Below are positions 19,555 to 28,339 of a stretch of DNA of 45,799 bases, one piece after another. Every line of letters starts with the position of its first letter. Position 1 is the first letter of the stretch. Both the position numbers and the translations under genes were made by a program. Below the pieces are notes generated by a model. It searched no databases. It saw only the letters and a program-made list of their open reading frames with translations, and was not told where the DNA came from. The DNA is from a bacterium (GTDB lineage: Bacteria; Patescibacteriota; Minisyncoccia; Phycocordibacterales; UBA5272): positions 149,165 to 194,963 of the forward strand of contig JAHFMX010000001.1 of assembly GCA_023267635.1 (NCBI GenBank), in the 5' to 3' direction.

Positions 19555-19674
19555 ATGGGGTTAGTATACAGGAATACTTTGTCTATGTAGAGGGGTTTCA
19601 GATGCAATAATCCTTTAAATGTAAGGTTTTTCACTCTGCCATACATTCCTCATTTGTGTTAGAATGAGATAACT

Positions 19675-20688
19675 ATGGGATTTTTCTCCAAGAAACTTGG
19701 TATCGACCTAGGAACAGCTAACACGCTTGTGTATGTTCCGCATAAAGGTGTGGTTCTTGTCGAGCCTTCGGTTGTGGCGGTTTCTGTTATCGATAATAAA
19801 ATCATGGCTGTTGGAAATGAGGCTAAAGATATGATTGGAAAGACACCTGATTCAATTATTGCCTACCGACCGATGCGTGATGGCGTGATCGCTGACTATC
19901 GAGTAACAGAAGCAATGCTCCGTTACTATATTAATAAAGCGCTTAAAGGTTTTAATCTTTTCAAACCAGACGTTATGATTTCTGTTCCGGCGGGAGTAAC
20001 TTCTACTGAACGTCGTGCCGTGATCGAAGCTGCTCTTAAAGCAGGAGCTAGAAATGCCTACGTTGTTAAGGAGCCTATCTTGGCTGCTATCGGAGCTGGT
20101 ATTCCAATTCATGAAGCTCAAGGAAGAATGATTGTTGATATTGGAGGAGGGACAACTGATGTGGCGGTGATTTCTCTTGGCGGTATTGTGTGCAGTACAT
20201 CTGTTAAGTGTGCTGGAAATAAGATTGACCAAGCGATTATTGATTACATTAAGAAAACATACAATCTAGCAATTGGAGATCAGACAGCAGAAGAGATTAA
20301 AATAAAAATAGGATCTGCGCTTCCTGTGGAAGAAGAGCTTTCTATGAAGGTGAAGGGACGTGATTTTATTGCAGGACTTCCACGCACTGTTGAAATTAGA
20401 ACCAACGAAATTGTAAAAGCGATTGATAAGGAGCTCCGCCTCATGGTTAAGGCAATTAAGGATGTGCTTCAGGAAACACCACCAGAACTTGCCTCAGATA
20501 TTATTGATAACGGAATCATTATGTCAGGAGGAACATCAATGCTTCGTCACTTTCCAGACCTTGTAGAGAGACGTACTGGGGTAAAAGCTGTACTTGCGGA
20601 TGATGCTTTCTATTGTGTGGCAAAGGGGACAGGTATTGCGCTGGAACATTTGGATACCTATAAGCGCTCTATCTTCGCAAAGAAGTAA
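19675..20688 (+). CDS. mreB: Rod shape-determining protein MreB, paralog 1 (stand-alone)
   Basis: GIDLGTANT, EPSVVA, VDIGGGTTD and SGGTSML motifs. Confidence 0.96.
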   Translation: MGFFSKKLGIDLGTANTLVYVPHKGVVLVEPSVVAVSVIDNKIMAVGNEAKDMIGKTPDSIIAYRPMRDGVIADYRVTEAMLRYYINKALKGFNLFKPDVMISVPAGVTSTERRAVIEAALKAGARNAYVVKEPILAAIGAGIPIHEAQGRMIVDIGGGTTDVAVISLGGIVCSTSVKCAGNKIDQAIIDYIKKTYNLAIGDQTAEEIKIKIGSALPVEEELSMKVKGRDFIAGLPRTVEIRTNEIVKAIDKELRLMVKAIKDVLQETPPELASDIIDNGIIMSGGTSMLRHFPDLVERRTGVKAVLADDAFYCVAKGTGIALEHLDTYKRSIFAKK

Positions 20689-20693
20689 AAAGA

Positions 20694-20720
20694 AAAAGTC
20701 AGCGCATAGCGCTGACTTTT
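20694..20720. terminator. Bidirectional terminator
   Basis: 12-bp stem AAAAGTCAGCGC/GCGCTGACTTTT. Confidence 0.75.
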
Positions 20721-21538
20721 CACTTGTAGCCAAGTTCGTCGCGTACCCATTTCCATGTTGTTGCAAGGCCGACAATCAAACTGAGTTGTTGCCAGCTGCT
20801 ATCAACATTGTGAGCGTCAATGAATGAACCCTCGTCTTCAGTTGCCTCTCTAGGCATGGCACCCATACAGGCACAGTTTCCGAGGGTTTTGAAGTCAAGA
20901 GTTCCATGATTGCGGATCGTTCCCACAAGTCCGCCAAGAAATTCAAGTGGTCTAACTTCTTTATCCTTCGGGAATATTCCGAGGTGGTGCGCCTTCATGG
21001 CTTCGTGCACGCCCGGTATTGTTCTACCTGATTGTTGCTCAAGGAAACGTGCGGCTTCTGGTGACACTGAAAAACTAAGGTACCCGCCACCCAGTCTTGG
21101 TTCGTCCAAATGAATGGTAGATAACGAAAAAAGTTGGATTTGCTCTCCTTTTTTTGCTGTATGTTTTCCCCCCTCATCTCTCCCAATTAATTCAAGGATA
21201 TTAAGGAAATTTGAAAGGTCGGAACAAATTTCTTTTCTCTTCTCTTGGTCGACTTGGTCCTTCAGGGTAATGGAAAAAGAATGTCCTCCATCTTCGGTTT
21301 TATGCAAAGGGAAGAAAGCGTACTTGTTGCCCCACATCTCTTCGGCTGAAGGATCAAAAAGGAAGAGTTGTTTGGCCGCCACTTCGTCGTTCAAGAATTC
21401 CTTGATAAGGTCAAATGTTCCGACCGTTAGGTAGAACGTAATGTCGCCACCTTTTGAATCCATATGCCACAGCTCTTGCAAGACATGCCCAAGCCTTCTG
21501 TTGGTAAGGTGATAGTTTTCCACGATTTTTCCTTTCAA
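20720..21538 (-). CDS. Orphan hypothetical protein (267-272 aa)
   Basis: Long open frame; TTGCTT-17-TAGTAT promoter; AAGGA 6 nt before GTG at 21523 (likely start); TGA stop. Confidence 0.8.
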   Translation of the reverse strand: MKGKIVENYHLTNRRLGHVLQELWHMDSKGGDITFYLTVGTFDLIKEFLNDEVAAKQLFLFDPSAEEMWGNKYAFFPLHKTEDGGHSFSITLKDQVDQEKRKEICSDLSNFLNILELIGRDEGGKHTAKKGEQIQLFSLSTIHLDEPRLGGGYLSFSVSPEAARFLEQQSGRTIPGVHEAMKAHHLGIFPKDKEVRPLEFLGGLVGTIRNHGTLDFKTLGNCACMGAMPREATEDEGSFIDAHNVDSSWQQLSLIVGLATTWKWVRDELGYK

Positions 21539-21611
21539 AGAGCAGTTAATTTACATTGATACTACTCTTTTAGATAAATCTAAGCAAACGACTGTTTGCT
21601 ATACTGTTTGT

Positions 21612-22265
21612 ATGAAATTCTCTGACCTCCCACTTCATCACGCAGTTCTTATAACGCACCCAGATAGAGATGTGTATGGTGCAGGACTCTGGGAAGAGTT
21701 ACAAAAGAATTCTCCTGCTCACAGATATTTTAATCAAACTGTATTGGATATTGAAACCGCACGGGACATTATTTCTTTTGCACAGGCAGCATATAACGAA
21801 GAGAAAGTTGGTCTTATTTCTTTTAATACTGTTTCGTTACCAGCACAGAATGCAATGCTTAAAGTACTAGAAGAGCCGCGCCCTGGTGTACGGTTTATTC
21901 TTCTCACTACACACAAAAATACACTTATCGAAACCGTGCTTTCAAGAGTCCATCACATTCAACTAGGAGGAATAAGTAATGTGGAAGTAAGACACGCACA
22001 GGAATTTCTTTCAACATCTCCATCATTTCGCGTAAAGCTTTCTTTCGTCACAACGCTGCTAGCTGGTGTCGACGAAGAAGGAAGAAAAGATAGAGAGGCG
22101 GTTAAGACGTTTATTCTTTCTCTCGTCGAAGTTCTTGCTGAGAACCATGTGGAGGCGCGATATATAACCGAAACACTTGAGATCGCGTCCTATGCATCTG
22201 ATCCATCAGCCTCAGGAAAAGCTCTTATTGAATATTTGGCGCTCTTATTGCCGCAAATCAAGTAG
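21612..22265 (+). CDS. holB: DNA polymerase III delta-prime-like clamp loader subunit (short)
   Basis: AQNAMLKVLEEP...FILLT...TVLSRV signature; no Walker A or Zn module. Confidence 0.8.
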   Translation: MKFSDLPLHHAVLITHPDRDVYGAGLWEELQKNSPAHRYFNQTVLDIETARDIISFAQAAYNEEKVGLISFNTVSLPAQNAMLKVLEEPRPGVRFILLTTHKNTLIETVLSRVHHIQLGGISNVEVRHAQEFLSTSPSFRVKLSFVTTLLAGVDEEGRKDREAVKTFILSLVEVLAENHVEARYITETLEIASYASDPSASGKALIEYLALLLPQIK

Positions 22266-22290
22266 TGGAGTACAATACAGCACACAAACT

Positions 22291-22845
22291 ATGGCATACA
22301 ATTTTTCAGATATAGAAAAGAAGAAAGGGGATATAACAGAATGGCTTATGAGTGAGTACCGGTCTATTTCGACAGGGCGAGCAACTCCTGCGGTTCTGGA
22401 TTTGGTACACGTTGATCTGTACGGTTCTCGTACTCCTATTGCTCATACAGGAAGTATTAATATCGAAGACGCACGAACACTTCGTGTTGCTCCTTGGGAT
22501 AAATCAATTATTGGGCAGATGGAGAAAGCAGTTAACGATGCAGACCTCGGGCTTTCTGTATCGTCTGATGATGCTGGGCTTCGTATTCATTTTCCAATGC
22601 TTACAACAGAGACACGACAGAAATTAGTGAAGCTACTTAAAGATAGATTGGAAGATGCTCGCGTCCGTGTCCGTTCACTTCGTGAAGATGCGAACAAGGA
22701 CATTGATGCTCGCGCTAAAGCTGGTGAATATGGCGAGGATGAACAGCATCGATACCGCGATGATATGCAAAAGATAGTAGACGGAGCAAATGCTGAACTT
22801 GAAGCTCTCTTTACGAAAAAAGAAAAGGAAGTAATGGGGGAATAA
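22291..22845 (+). CDS. frr: Ribosome recycling factor
   Basis: ISTGRATP, YGSRTPI, PWDKS and FPMLTTETRQKLVK motifs; start at ATG 22291. Confidence 0.96.
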   Translation: MAYNFSDIEKKKGDITEWLMSEYRSISTGRATPAVLDLVHVDLYGSRTPIAHTGSINIEDARTLRVAPWDKSIIGQMEKAVNDADLGLSVSSDDAGLRIHFPMLTTETRQKLVKLLKDRLEDARVRVRSLREDANKDIDARAKAGEYGEDEQHRYRDDMQKIVDGANAELEALFTKKEKEVMGE

Positions 22846-22898
22846 TCAAAAATATATTCAATCTTCGTTGTTGCAGTTCAAAACAAAAGAAGAACATA

Positions 22899-22924
22899 AA
22901 AAGCCCCACTTTCGTGGGGCTTTT
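22899..22924. terminator. Bidirectional terminator
   Basis: AAAAGCCCCAC-TTTC-GTGGGGCTTTT. Confidence 0.8.
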
Positions 22925-22940
22925 GAAATGCATTGCAAAG

Positions 22941-23222
22941 CTATTTGAGCTTAGCCAACGCTTTCGAGAGTTTCTCACAGGCGCCCGGTGTTTTGTCGAA
23001 GCAGTCCAGGTGGTAGTGCGAGTTGGACATTTTCATGTCAGGCAATTTTTGTTTGGGCGAGACCTGCTGGCCGACGGTCACCATCGGACCAGAAGGGGTC
23101 GGACCGTCCGTGTAGGAATAGGTCGGCATCGCACCGCCGGAAGGCTGGATGGTAATCTGGGCCGAAGCCGCAGATACGGACAAGACCAGAAACATGGCAG
23201 TGAACAATTTTGAAACTTTCAT
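22941..23222 (-). CDS. Small secreted orphan protein, GC-rich
   Basis: Classic signal peptide (...VSAASA-Q); AGGAG 6 nt upstream; TTGACA-17-TATAAT promoter; 73/120 G+C in 23041-23160. Confidence 0.85.
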   Translation of the reverse strand: MKVSKLFTAMFLVLSVSAASAQITIQPSGGAMPTYSYTDGPTPSGPMVTVGQQVSPKQKLPDMKMSNSHYHLDCFDKTPGACEKLSKALAKLK

Positions 23223-23263
23223 GAGAAACTCCTTAGTTTGTTGATGGAACAGGGTACATGTAT

Positions 23264-23292
23264 ATTATAGCATAGAATGTATTAAATGTCAA
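23264..23292 (-). promoter_or_regulatory. Consensus sigma70 promoter of orphan gene
   Basis: TTGACA (23292-87), 17 nt, TATAAT (23269-64), with extended TG. Confidence 0.85.
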
Positions 23293-23351
23293 TAGTTCTC
23301 TTTCTGCTTTCCCTGTGAGCTTACACTCCATTACTGTATAATAGTTAGATT

Positions 23352-24449
23352 ATGTCAGCTACCGCAATTTTCCTTTTCTTTATTATTTTATTAGCGCTTG
23401 TTATCGTCCATGAGTTTGGGCACTTCATCGTTGCTAAATGGGTTGGTATGAGGGTGGATGAGTTTGCATTTGGTTTTCCGCCACGATTGTTTTCAAAAAA
23501 GAAAGGAGAAACGGTGTATGTGGTGAATGCATTGCCACTCGGTGGATATGTTTCAATTTGGGGAGAAAATGGCGAGCCCGACGATGAAGCGAAAACTCAT
23601 CCTCGCGCATTTGGTAATCGTCCAAAATGGGCGCAACTCCTTGTTCTCATGGCAGGCGTTGCAATGAACATGGTATTGGCATGGTTCATTTTTGTGGCTA
23701 TTTCATTTGGAAGTATTCAGATGAGTACAAATGATCCAGTATACGGATCACGAGTTAAGAACGCCGCTATTATGGTGGTAGATGCAGCTCCTAATTCTCC
23801 TGCGCATTTGGCGGGCATTATCCCAGGCTCTGTTATTACAAATATAAAGAGTGGTACAGCAACAGCCAACCTCACTTCTGCTACGTCGGTAATTGCATTT
23901 ATCGCGAGCCATCAGAATGATTCGTTCGCTATTAGTTACGTTAAACCAAATGGTACAAAAGCAGAAACGGTTGTCGCTGCGGTCTATGGAATTACACCTG
24001 ATAAAAAAGCACTTGGCATAACTGTCGATACCGTTGGAGTGGTACGCACTTCTATGGTTGAAGCTGTAAAAATTGGAACAGCTCGTACACAAGATATAAC
24101 GATGATGACGCTCCAAGGGTTGTGGGCGCTAGTGTCTTCTATTGGAGGAGGAACTAATGTGCTCGAATCTTTATCTGGTCCGATTGGGATTGCTCGTATT
24201 GTGGGAGAGACAAGTGAATATGGATTTGCTGCAGTGCTTACGCTTGTAGCCATTCTTTCAATTAACCTTGCAGTGTTTAATGCACTTCCGCTCCCAGCAC
24301 TTGATGGAGGAAGAATGGTGGTTGTGGCACTTGAAGCACTAAGTAGAAAGAAGATTCCATTTAAGTATTATTCTTGGGTGAACGTAGCAGGGTTTGTTGC
24401 GCTTATGCTGCTATTGGTTGTGGTAACCGTTAACGATGTACGGCGATAG
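23352..24449 (+). CDS. rseP: Site-2 protease (M50, RseP-like) with PDZ domain
   Basis: HEFGH motif; NALPLPALDGG. Confidence 0.93.
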   Translation: MSATAIFLFFIILLALVIVHEFGHFIVAKWVGMRVDEFAFGFPPRLFSKKKGETVYVVNALPLGGYVSIWGENGEPDDEAKTHPRAFGNRPKWAQLLVLMAGVAMNMVLAWFIFVAISFGSIQMSTNDPVYGSRVKNAAIMVVDAAPNSPAHLAGIIPGSVITNIKSGTATANLTSATSVIAFIASHQNDSFAISYVKPNGTKAETVVAAVYGITPDKKALGITVDTVGVVRTSMVEAVKIGTARTQDITMMTLQGLWALVSSIGGGTNVLESLSGPIGIARIVGETSEYGFAAVLTLVAILSINLAVFNALPLPALDGGRMVVVALEALSRKKIPFKYYSWVNVAGFVALMLLLVVVTVNDVRR

Positions 24450-24484
24450 GACATCTCTTTATTTTCTTGTAGAATACTAACTAT

Positions 24485-25765
24485 ATGCGACAATCTAAAC
24501 TATATACAAAAACAAGAAAGGAATCCCCAGCGGACGAAGTTTCAAAGAATGCGATATTACTTACTCGTGCTGGCTTTATCCATAAGGAGATGGCGGGTGT
24601 CTATACGTTTCTTCCTCTAGGACTTCGAGTGCTCACTAAAATAGAAAATATTATTCGTCGCCAGATGGATACAATAGGTAATGAATTAGTTATGTCGTCT
24701 CTGTCTCCACGAGAGTTGTGGGAGAAAACAGGTCGCGCTGATGTAGTGGACGTGCTTATGAAAACGATGCCAGCGAATAAAGCATCCGAAGAGAAATCGA
24801 CAAACTCATACATTCTCAATCCAACACATGAGGAATTGATTACTCCTATCGCGGCAGAATATGCTCGTTCATATAAAGACCTCCCTGCGGCTTTTTATCA
24901 GATACAAACAAAGTTCAGAAACGAAGCTCGTGCAAAATCAGGGCTTCTTCGTGGGCGTGAGTTTCGTATGAAGGACTTGTATAGTTTCCATCGTGATGAG
25001 GCCGATTTGAAGGAATATTACGAAGAAGCAAAGCAGGTATACATGAGTATTTATCGAGAACTTGGGTTGGGAGATGACACATTTATCACGGTTGCAGGAG
25101 GGGGAGATTTTACAAAAGAATTCTCACATGAATTTCAAACAGTTACAGACGCAGGAGAAGACGTGATCTATCTTGATCGTAAAAATAATATTGCATACAA
25201 CAAAGAGGTTGTTACAGAAGAAAATGCAAAGCGTCTTTCTGTTGATTTCCAGTCCCTTGAGCAAGTGAAGGCATGTGAGGTTGGAAATATATTTCCGCTT
25301 GGAACAAAATTTACGCAAGCGTTTGAATATACCTATACAGATGAAGAAGGAAAACAGCAGGAAGTACATATGGGCTGTTACGGAATCGGGCCGTCACGCC
25401 TTATGGGTGTAATCACAGAAAAGTTTGCAGATGAAAAAGGTCTCGTATGGCCAGCTTCCATCGCACCATTTTCTCTTCATCTTATTTGTCTTTCAAAAGA
25501 AAAAGATAGTGAAGCTTCAAAAATTGCCGAAGAGTTATACAACAAACTAACCGCAGCGCACGTTGAGGTATTGTTTGATGATCGAGAAGAGCAAGCGGGA
25601 AGTAAGTTTGCAGATAGTGATCTTATCGGAATCCCTATGCGTGTCGTAGTATCTGATAAATCATTGGAGAAGGGTGGAGTTGAAATAAAAGAACGAACTT
25701 CTGATACGGGAGAAATTGTAACTGTAGAACAACTCTTGAAAACATACACTCCTAATTGTGAGTAA
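24485..25765 (+). CDS. proS: Prolyl-tRNA synthetase (short form without INS editing domain)
   Basis: PTHEE, YQIQTKFRNEAR...GLLRGREF, GCYGIG and anticodon-binding domain. Confidence 0.93.
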   Translation: MRQSKLYTKTRKESPADEVSKNAILLTRAGFIHKEMAGVYTFLPLGLRVLTKIENIIRRQMDTIGNELVMSSLSPRELWEKTGRADVVDVLMKTMPANKASEEKSTNSYILNPTHEELITPIAAEYARSYKDLPAAFYQIQTKFRNEARAKSGLLRGREFRMKDLYSFHRDEADLKEYYEEAKQVYMSIYRELGLGDDTFITVAGGGDFTKEFSHEFQTVTDAGEDVIYLDRKNNIAYNKEVVTEENAKRLSVDFQSLEQVKACEVGNIFPLGTKFTQAFEYTYTDEEGKQQEVHMGCYGIGPSRLMGVITEKFADEKGLVWPASIAPFSLHLICLSKEKDSEASKIAEELYNKLTAAHVEVLFDDREEQAGSKFADSDLIGIPMRVVVSDKSLEKGGVEIKERTSDTGEIVTVEQLLKTYTPNCE

Positions 25766-25866
25766 ACATACGTAGAAAAATAAAAAACCCGTCGTGATGA
25801 CGGGCTTTTGTCTAGCTTCTAAGGGCTAGTTAGCTATGAGGTTCTTCACCTGTAGGGTGAGTCTCC

Positions 25867-26256
25867 TCATAGTAGGGAGTCTTCATGCTGGTGAGCGCAT
25901 ATTCCCCAAGATGTACCTGGGAGAAGTAAAAATGATTGGGAACGAAAGCCCCCCCACTGAGACTCTCCATCTTTCACGATGCACCGCTCAGGCAGAGTTA
26001 TCTCCAGCATGAGGGCAGGAAGAGTTTCTTCCGCCCCAGTAGGGAGAGTTACAAGTTTTGTTTGCACCTTGCCGTGGTTTGAGGTTTCGATGAAGTTCTC
26101 TTCTTCAGACATCGGCCCCATGACAGGGCTAAGCCAGGGATGTTTTTGCAGGACTGATTTTTTGAGGCCTGTAAACATTTTCCAATCTTGCAACACAGAC
26201 TCTAGCATGTGGATCAAAATGTCCAAATCTATTGCCGAGTAAAATTTCGGTTTCAT
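25867..26256 (-). CDS. Orphan hypothetical protein
   Basis: Open frame; TTGACA-17-TATAAT at 26326-26298; AGGG before ATG 26256; TGA stop; terminator-like stem at 25788-25804. Confidence 0.75.
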   Translation of the reverse strand: MKPKFYSAIDLDILIHMLESVLQDWKMFTGLKKSVLQKHPWLSPVMGPMSEEENFIETSNHGKVQTKLVTLPTGAEETLPALMLEITLPERCIVKDGESQWGGFRSQSFLLLPGTSWGICAHQHEDSLL

Positions 26257-26297
26257 TTCTGTTTTCCCTATGTGAATGAGCAAAATATAACCTATCG

Positions 26298-26326
26298 ATT
26301 ATAGCATAAAACACCTGCATTGTCAA
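26298..26326 (-). promoter_or_regulatory. Consensus sigma70 promoter of orphan gene
   Basis: TTGACA (26326-21), 17 nt, TATAAT (26303-298), with extended TG. Confidence 0.85.
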
Positions 26327-26363
26327 TGAATACGTCACTTCATAAAAGTGATAGAATACCTCC

Positions 26364-27413
26364 ATGTTTGAGCGACTTTATAGGCAATTTTCCAATGATA
26401 TTGGTATCGATTTAGGAACTGCGAATACGCTTGTGTACTTACGTGGAAGGGGTATTGTTATTGATGAACCTTCAGTTGTTGCTCTCAACACAAAAACATC
26501 TCGTGTGGTTGCTGTCGGAACTGAAGCAAAAGAGATGATGGGTCGCACGCCATCTCATATTCGTATTGTTCGACCGCTTGTTGATGGTGTGATTTCGGAT
26601 TATGAAGTGACAGAAGAGATGCTGTCGTATTTGATAAATAAAGCGAATGATACTGATAAGAAATTATTTCGCCCGCGAGTAGTGATTGGTATTCCTGTTG
26701 GTATCACTAATGTGGAAATGCGTGCTGTGTATGATGCAGCAAAGTCAGCAGGAGCTCGCGAGGTATATATTGTTGAAGAACCGATGGCCGCAGCAATTGG
26801 AGTGCAAATGCCAATTCATGACCCAATCGGAAGTATGATTGTTGATATCGGAGGAGGAACAACAGACATCGCTGTCATCGCATTAAGTGGGGTGGTGCGT
26901 GCTAAGTCTCTTAAAATTGCAGGAGATAAATTAACGCAAGATATTGTGAGCTATATGCGAGATGAATTTAAGATGCTCATCGGGGAAAAGACTGGAGAGA
27001 ATATTAAAATCGCAATTGGGTCTGCATTACCTGATGATGAAGGTGAAGAGCTTTCTGTGAAGGGGAGAGATTTAGTAACAGGACTTCCTCGTGAGGCAAT
27101 CATTACAGATGTTGATATTCGTGAAGCGATGTATGGATCGATTTCTCAATTGGTAGATGCGATACGTGAAGTGCTTGAGACAACGCCACCTGAAGTGCTT
27201 GCTGATATTATGCACAAAGGAATGACTATTTCAGGAGGAGGAGCGCTCATTAGAAATCTTCCACAGCTTTTGGAGATGCAGCTTAAGGTTCCTGTTACCG
27301 TAGCGCTCGATCCTCTTACTGCTGTTGCTCGAGGTACAGGGGTTATACTTGAACATATCGACTCATTCAAAGATGTCTTAATACAAAACACAGATGAAAT
27401 ATCTTTCAGATAA
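26364..27413 (+). CDS. mreB: Rod shape-determining protein MreB, paralog 2 (mre operon)
   Basis: GIDLGTANT, DEPSVVA and VDIGGGTTD motifs; upstream of mreC. Confidence 0.96.
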   Translation: MFERLYRQFSNDIGIDLGTANTLVYLRGRGIVIDEPSVVALNTKTSRVVAVGTEAKEMMGRTPSHIRIVRPLVDGVISDYEVTEEMLSYLINKANDTDKKLFRPRVVIGIPVGITNVEMRAVYDAAKSAGAREVYIVEEPMAAAIGVQMPIHDPIGSMIVDIGGGTTDIAVIALSGVVRAKSLKIAGDKLTQDIVSYMRDEFKMLIGEKTGENIKIAIGSALPDDEGEELSVKGRDLVTGLPREAIITDVDIREAMYGSISQLVDAIREVLETTPPEVLADIMHKGMTISGGGALIRNLPQLLEMQLKVPVTVALDPLTAVARGTGVILEHIDSFKDVLIQNTDEISFR

Positions 27414-28197
27414 ATCAAGGTCACGCAGAAATTCGTACCGCAACGCCATTCTTTTTTTTGCTGGCTGTGTAGCATTCGTTTATTATTGGCAACCAATACA
27501 CGCAACTTTGTATCCAATTATTGAGCCAGTTGTACGCACGTATGGTGGAACAAAAGGCGCAGTAAGTTTTGTTCCTAGATTTTTTTCTACGTACGTTAGT
27601 ACACACGAAGAACTTGCTACAAGAAATAGTGATTTGGAACTTTCAATTGAGCGTCTTGAAAATCAGCTAGCTGAAAAAAATGCACTTCTTCGTGAACATG
27701 AAATGTTGGCCGGAAGCTCTACTGCTGTAATAGATGGTTCAGTTATTGTTATGTACCCCGTAATGGAAGATATAACGAAGCTGTATTCAACTATCATTCT
27801 TTCAAAAGGGTATAAAGATGGTATTGAGATAGGAGGATTGGTATATGTCCGTGGATTACAACCAGTGTGTGAAATTATTGAAGTCTACGACAGAACATCG
27901 CTCTGTGAACTTCTTTCAAAAGGCAATAAGACGATAGAAGCCGTGACGGCAAGCTCAAGTATTACATTGTCGCTTACGGGTAATGGAGGAGGAAATTATA
28001 TTGGAGCTACTGTGAAAGGTTCTCTTGTGTACGTTGGAGAGCAAGTGTATGTACGAAGCAACCCAGCGTTCACGCTCGGCACTATTGTACGAGTGCAAGA
28101 AGACGATCAAGACACGGGTGCAAAGGTGTATATCCGTGGTGCATACAATCCAGTAAGTTCTTCTGTTTTTTATCTCAACACTCGCTATGCGCCGTAA
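27394..28197 (+). CDS. mreC: Rod shape-determining protein MreC
   Basis: TM, coiled coil, then IILSKGYKDGIEIG beta domain; located between mreB and mrdA. Confidence 0.85.
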   Translation: MKYLSDKSRSRRNSYRNAILFFAGCVAFVYYWQPIHATLYPIIEPVVRTYGGTKGAVSFVPRFFSTYVSTHEELATRNSDLELSIERLENQLAEKNALLREHEMLAGSSTAVIDGSVIVMYPVMEDITKLYSTIILSKGYKDGIEIGGLVYVRGLQPVCEIIEVYDRTSLCELLSKGNKTIEAVTASSSITLSLTGNGGGNYIGATVKGSLVYVGEQVYVRSNPAFTLGTIVRVQEDDQDTGAKVYIRGAYNPVSSSVFYLNTRYAP

Positions 28198-28339
28198 GTA
28201 CCTTTTCTTCGCAGCACTTATAGCCATTTCTTTCTTTATTGATCTTAGTTTAGGCGTGGGAGACTACCCAAAAATGCTACTTATGGTCTGTGCTATTATA
28301 GCTATATATGAACTTGTTTCACCGTACGTTTACACGTAA
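28187..28339 (+). CDS. Unannotated 50-aa two-TM protein in the mreD position
   Basis: MRRKYLFFAALIAISFFIDLSLGVGDYPKMLLMVCAIIAIYELVSPYVYT*; start overlaps the mreC stop, end overlaps the mrdA start. Confidence 0.6.
   Translation: MRRKYLFFAALIAISFFIDLSLGVGDYPKMLLMVCAIIAIYELVSPYVYT

Noticed and set aside
22914-23213. 99-aa plus-strand ORF
   Set aside because: Shadow of the GC-rich minus-strand secreted protein, which has the signal peptide, SD and promoter
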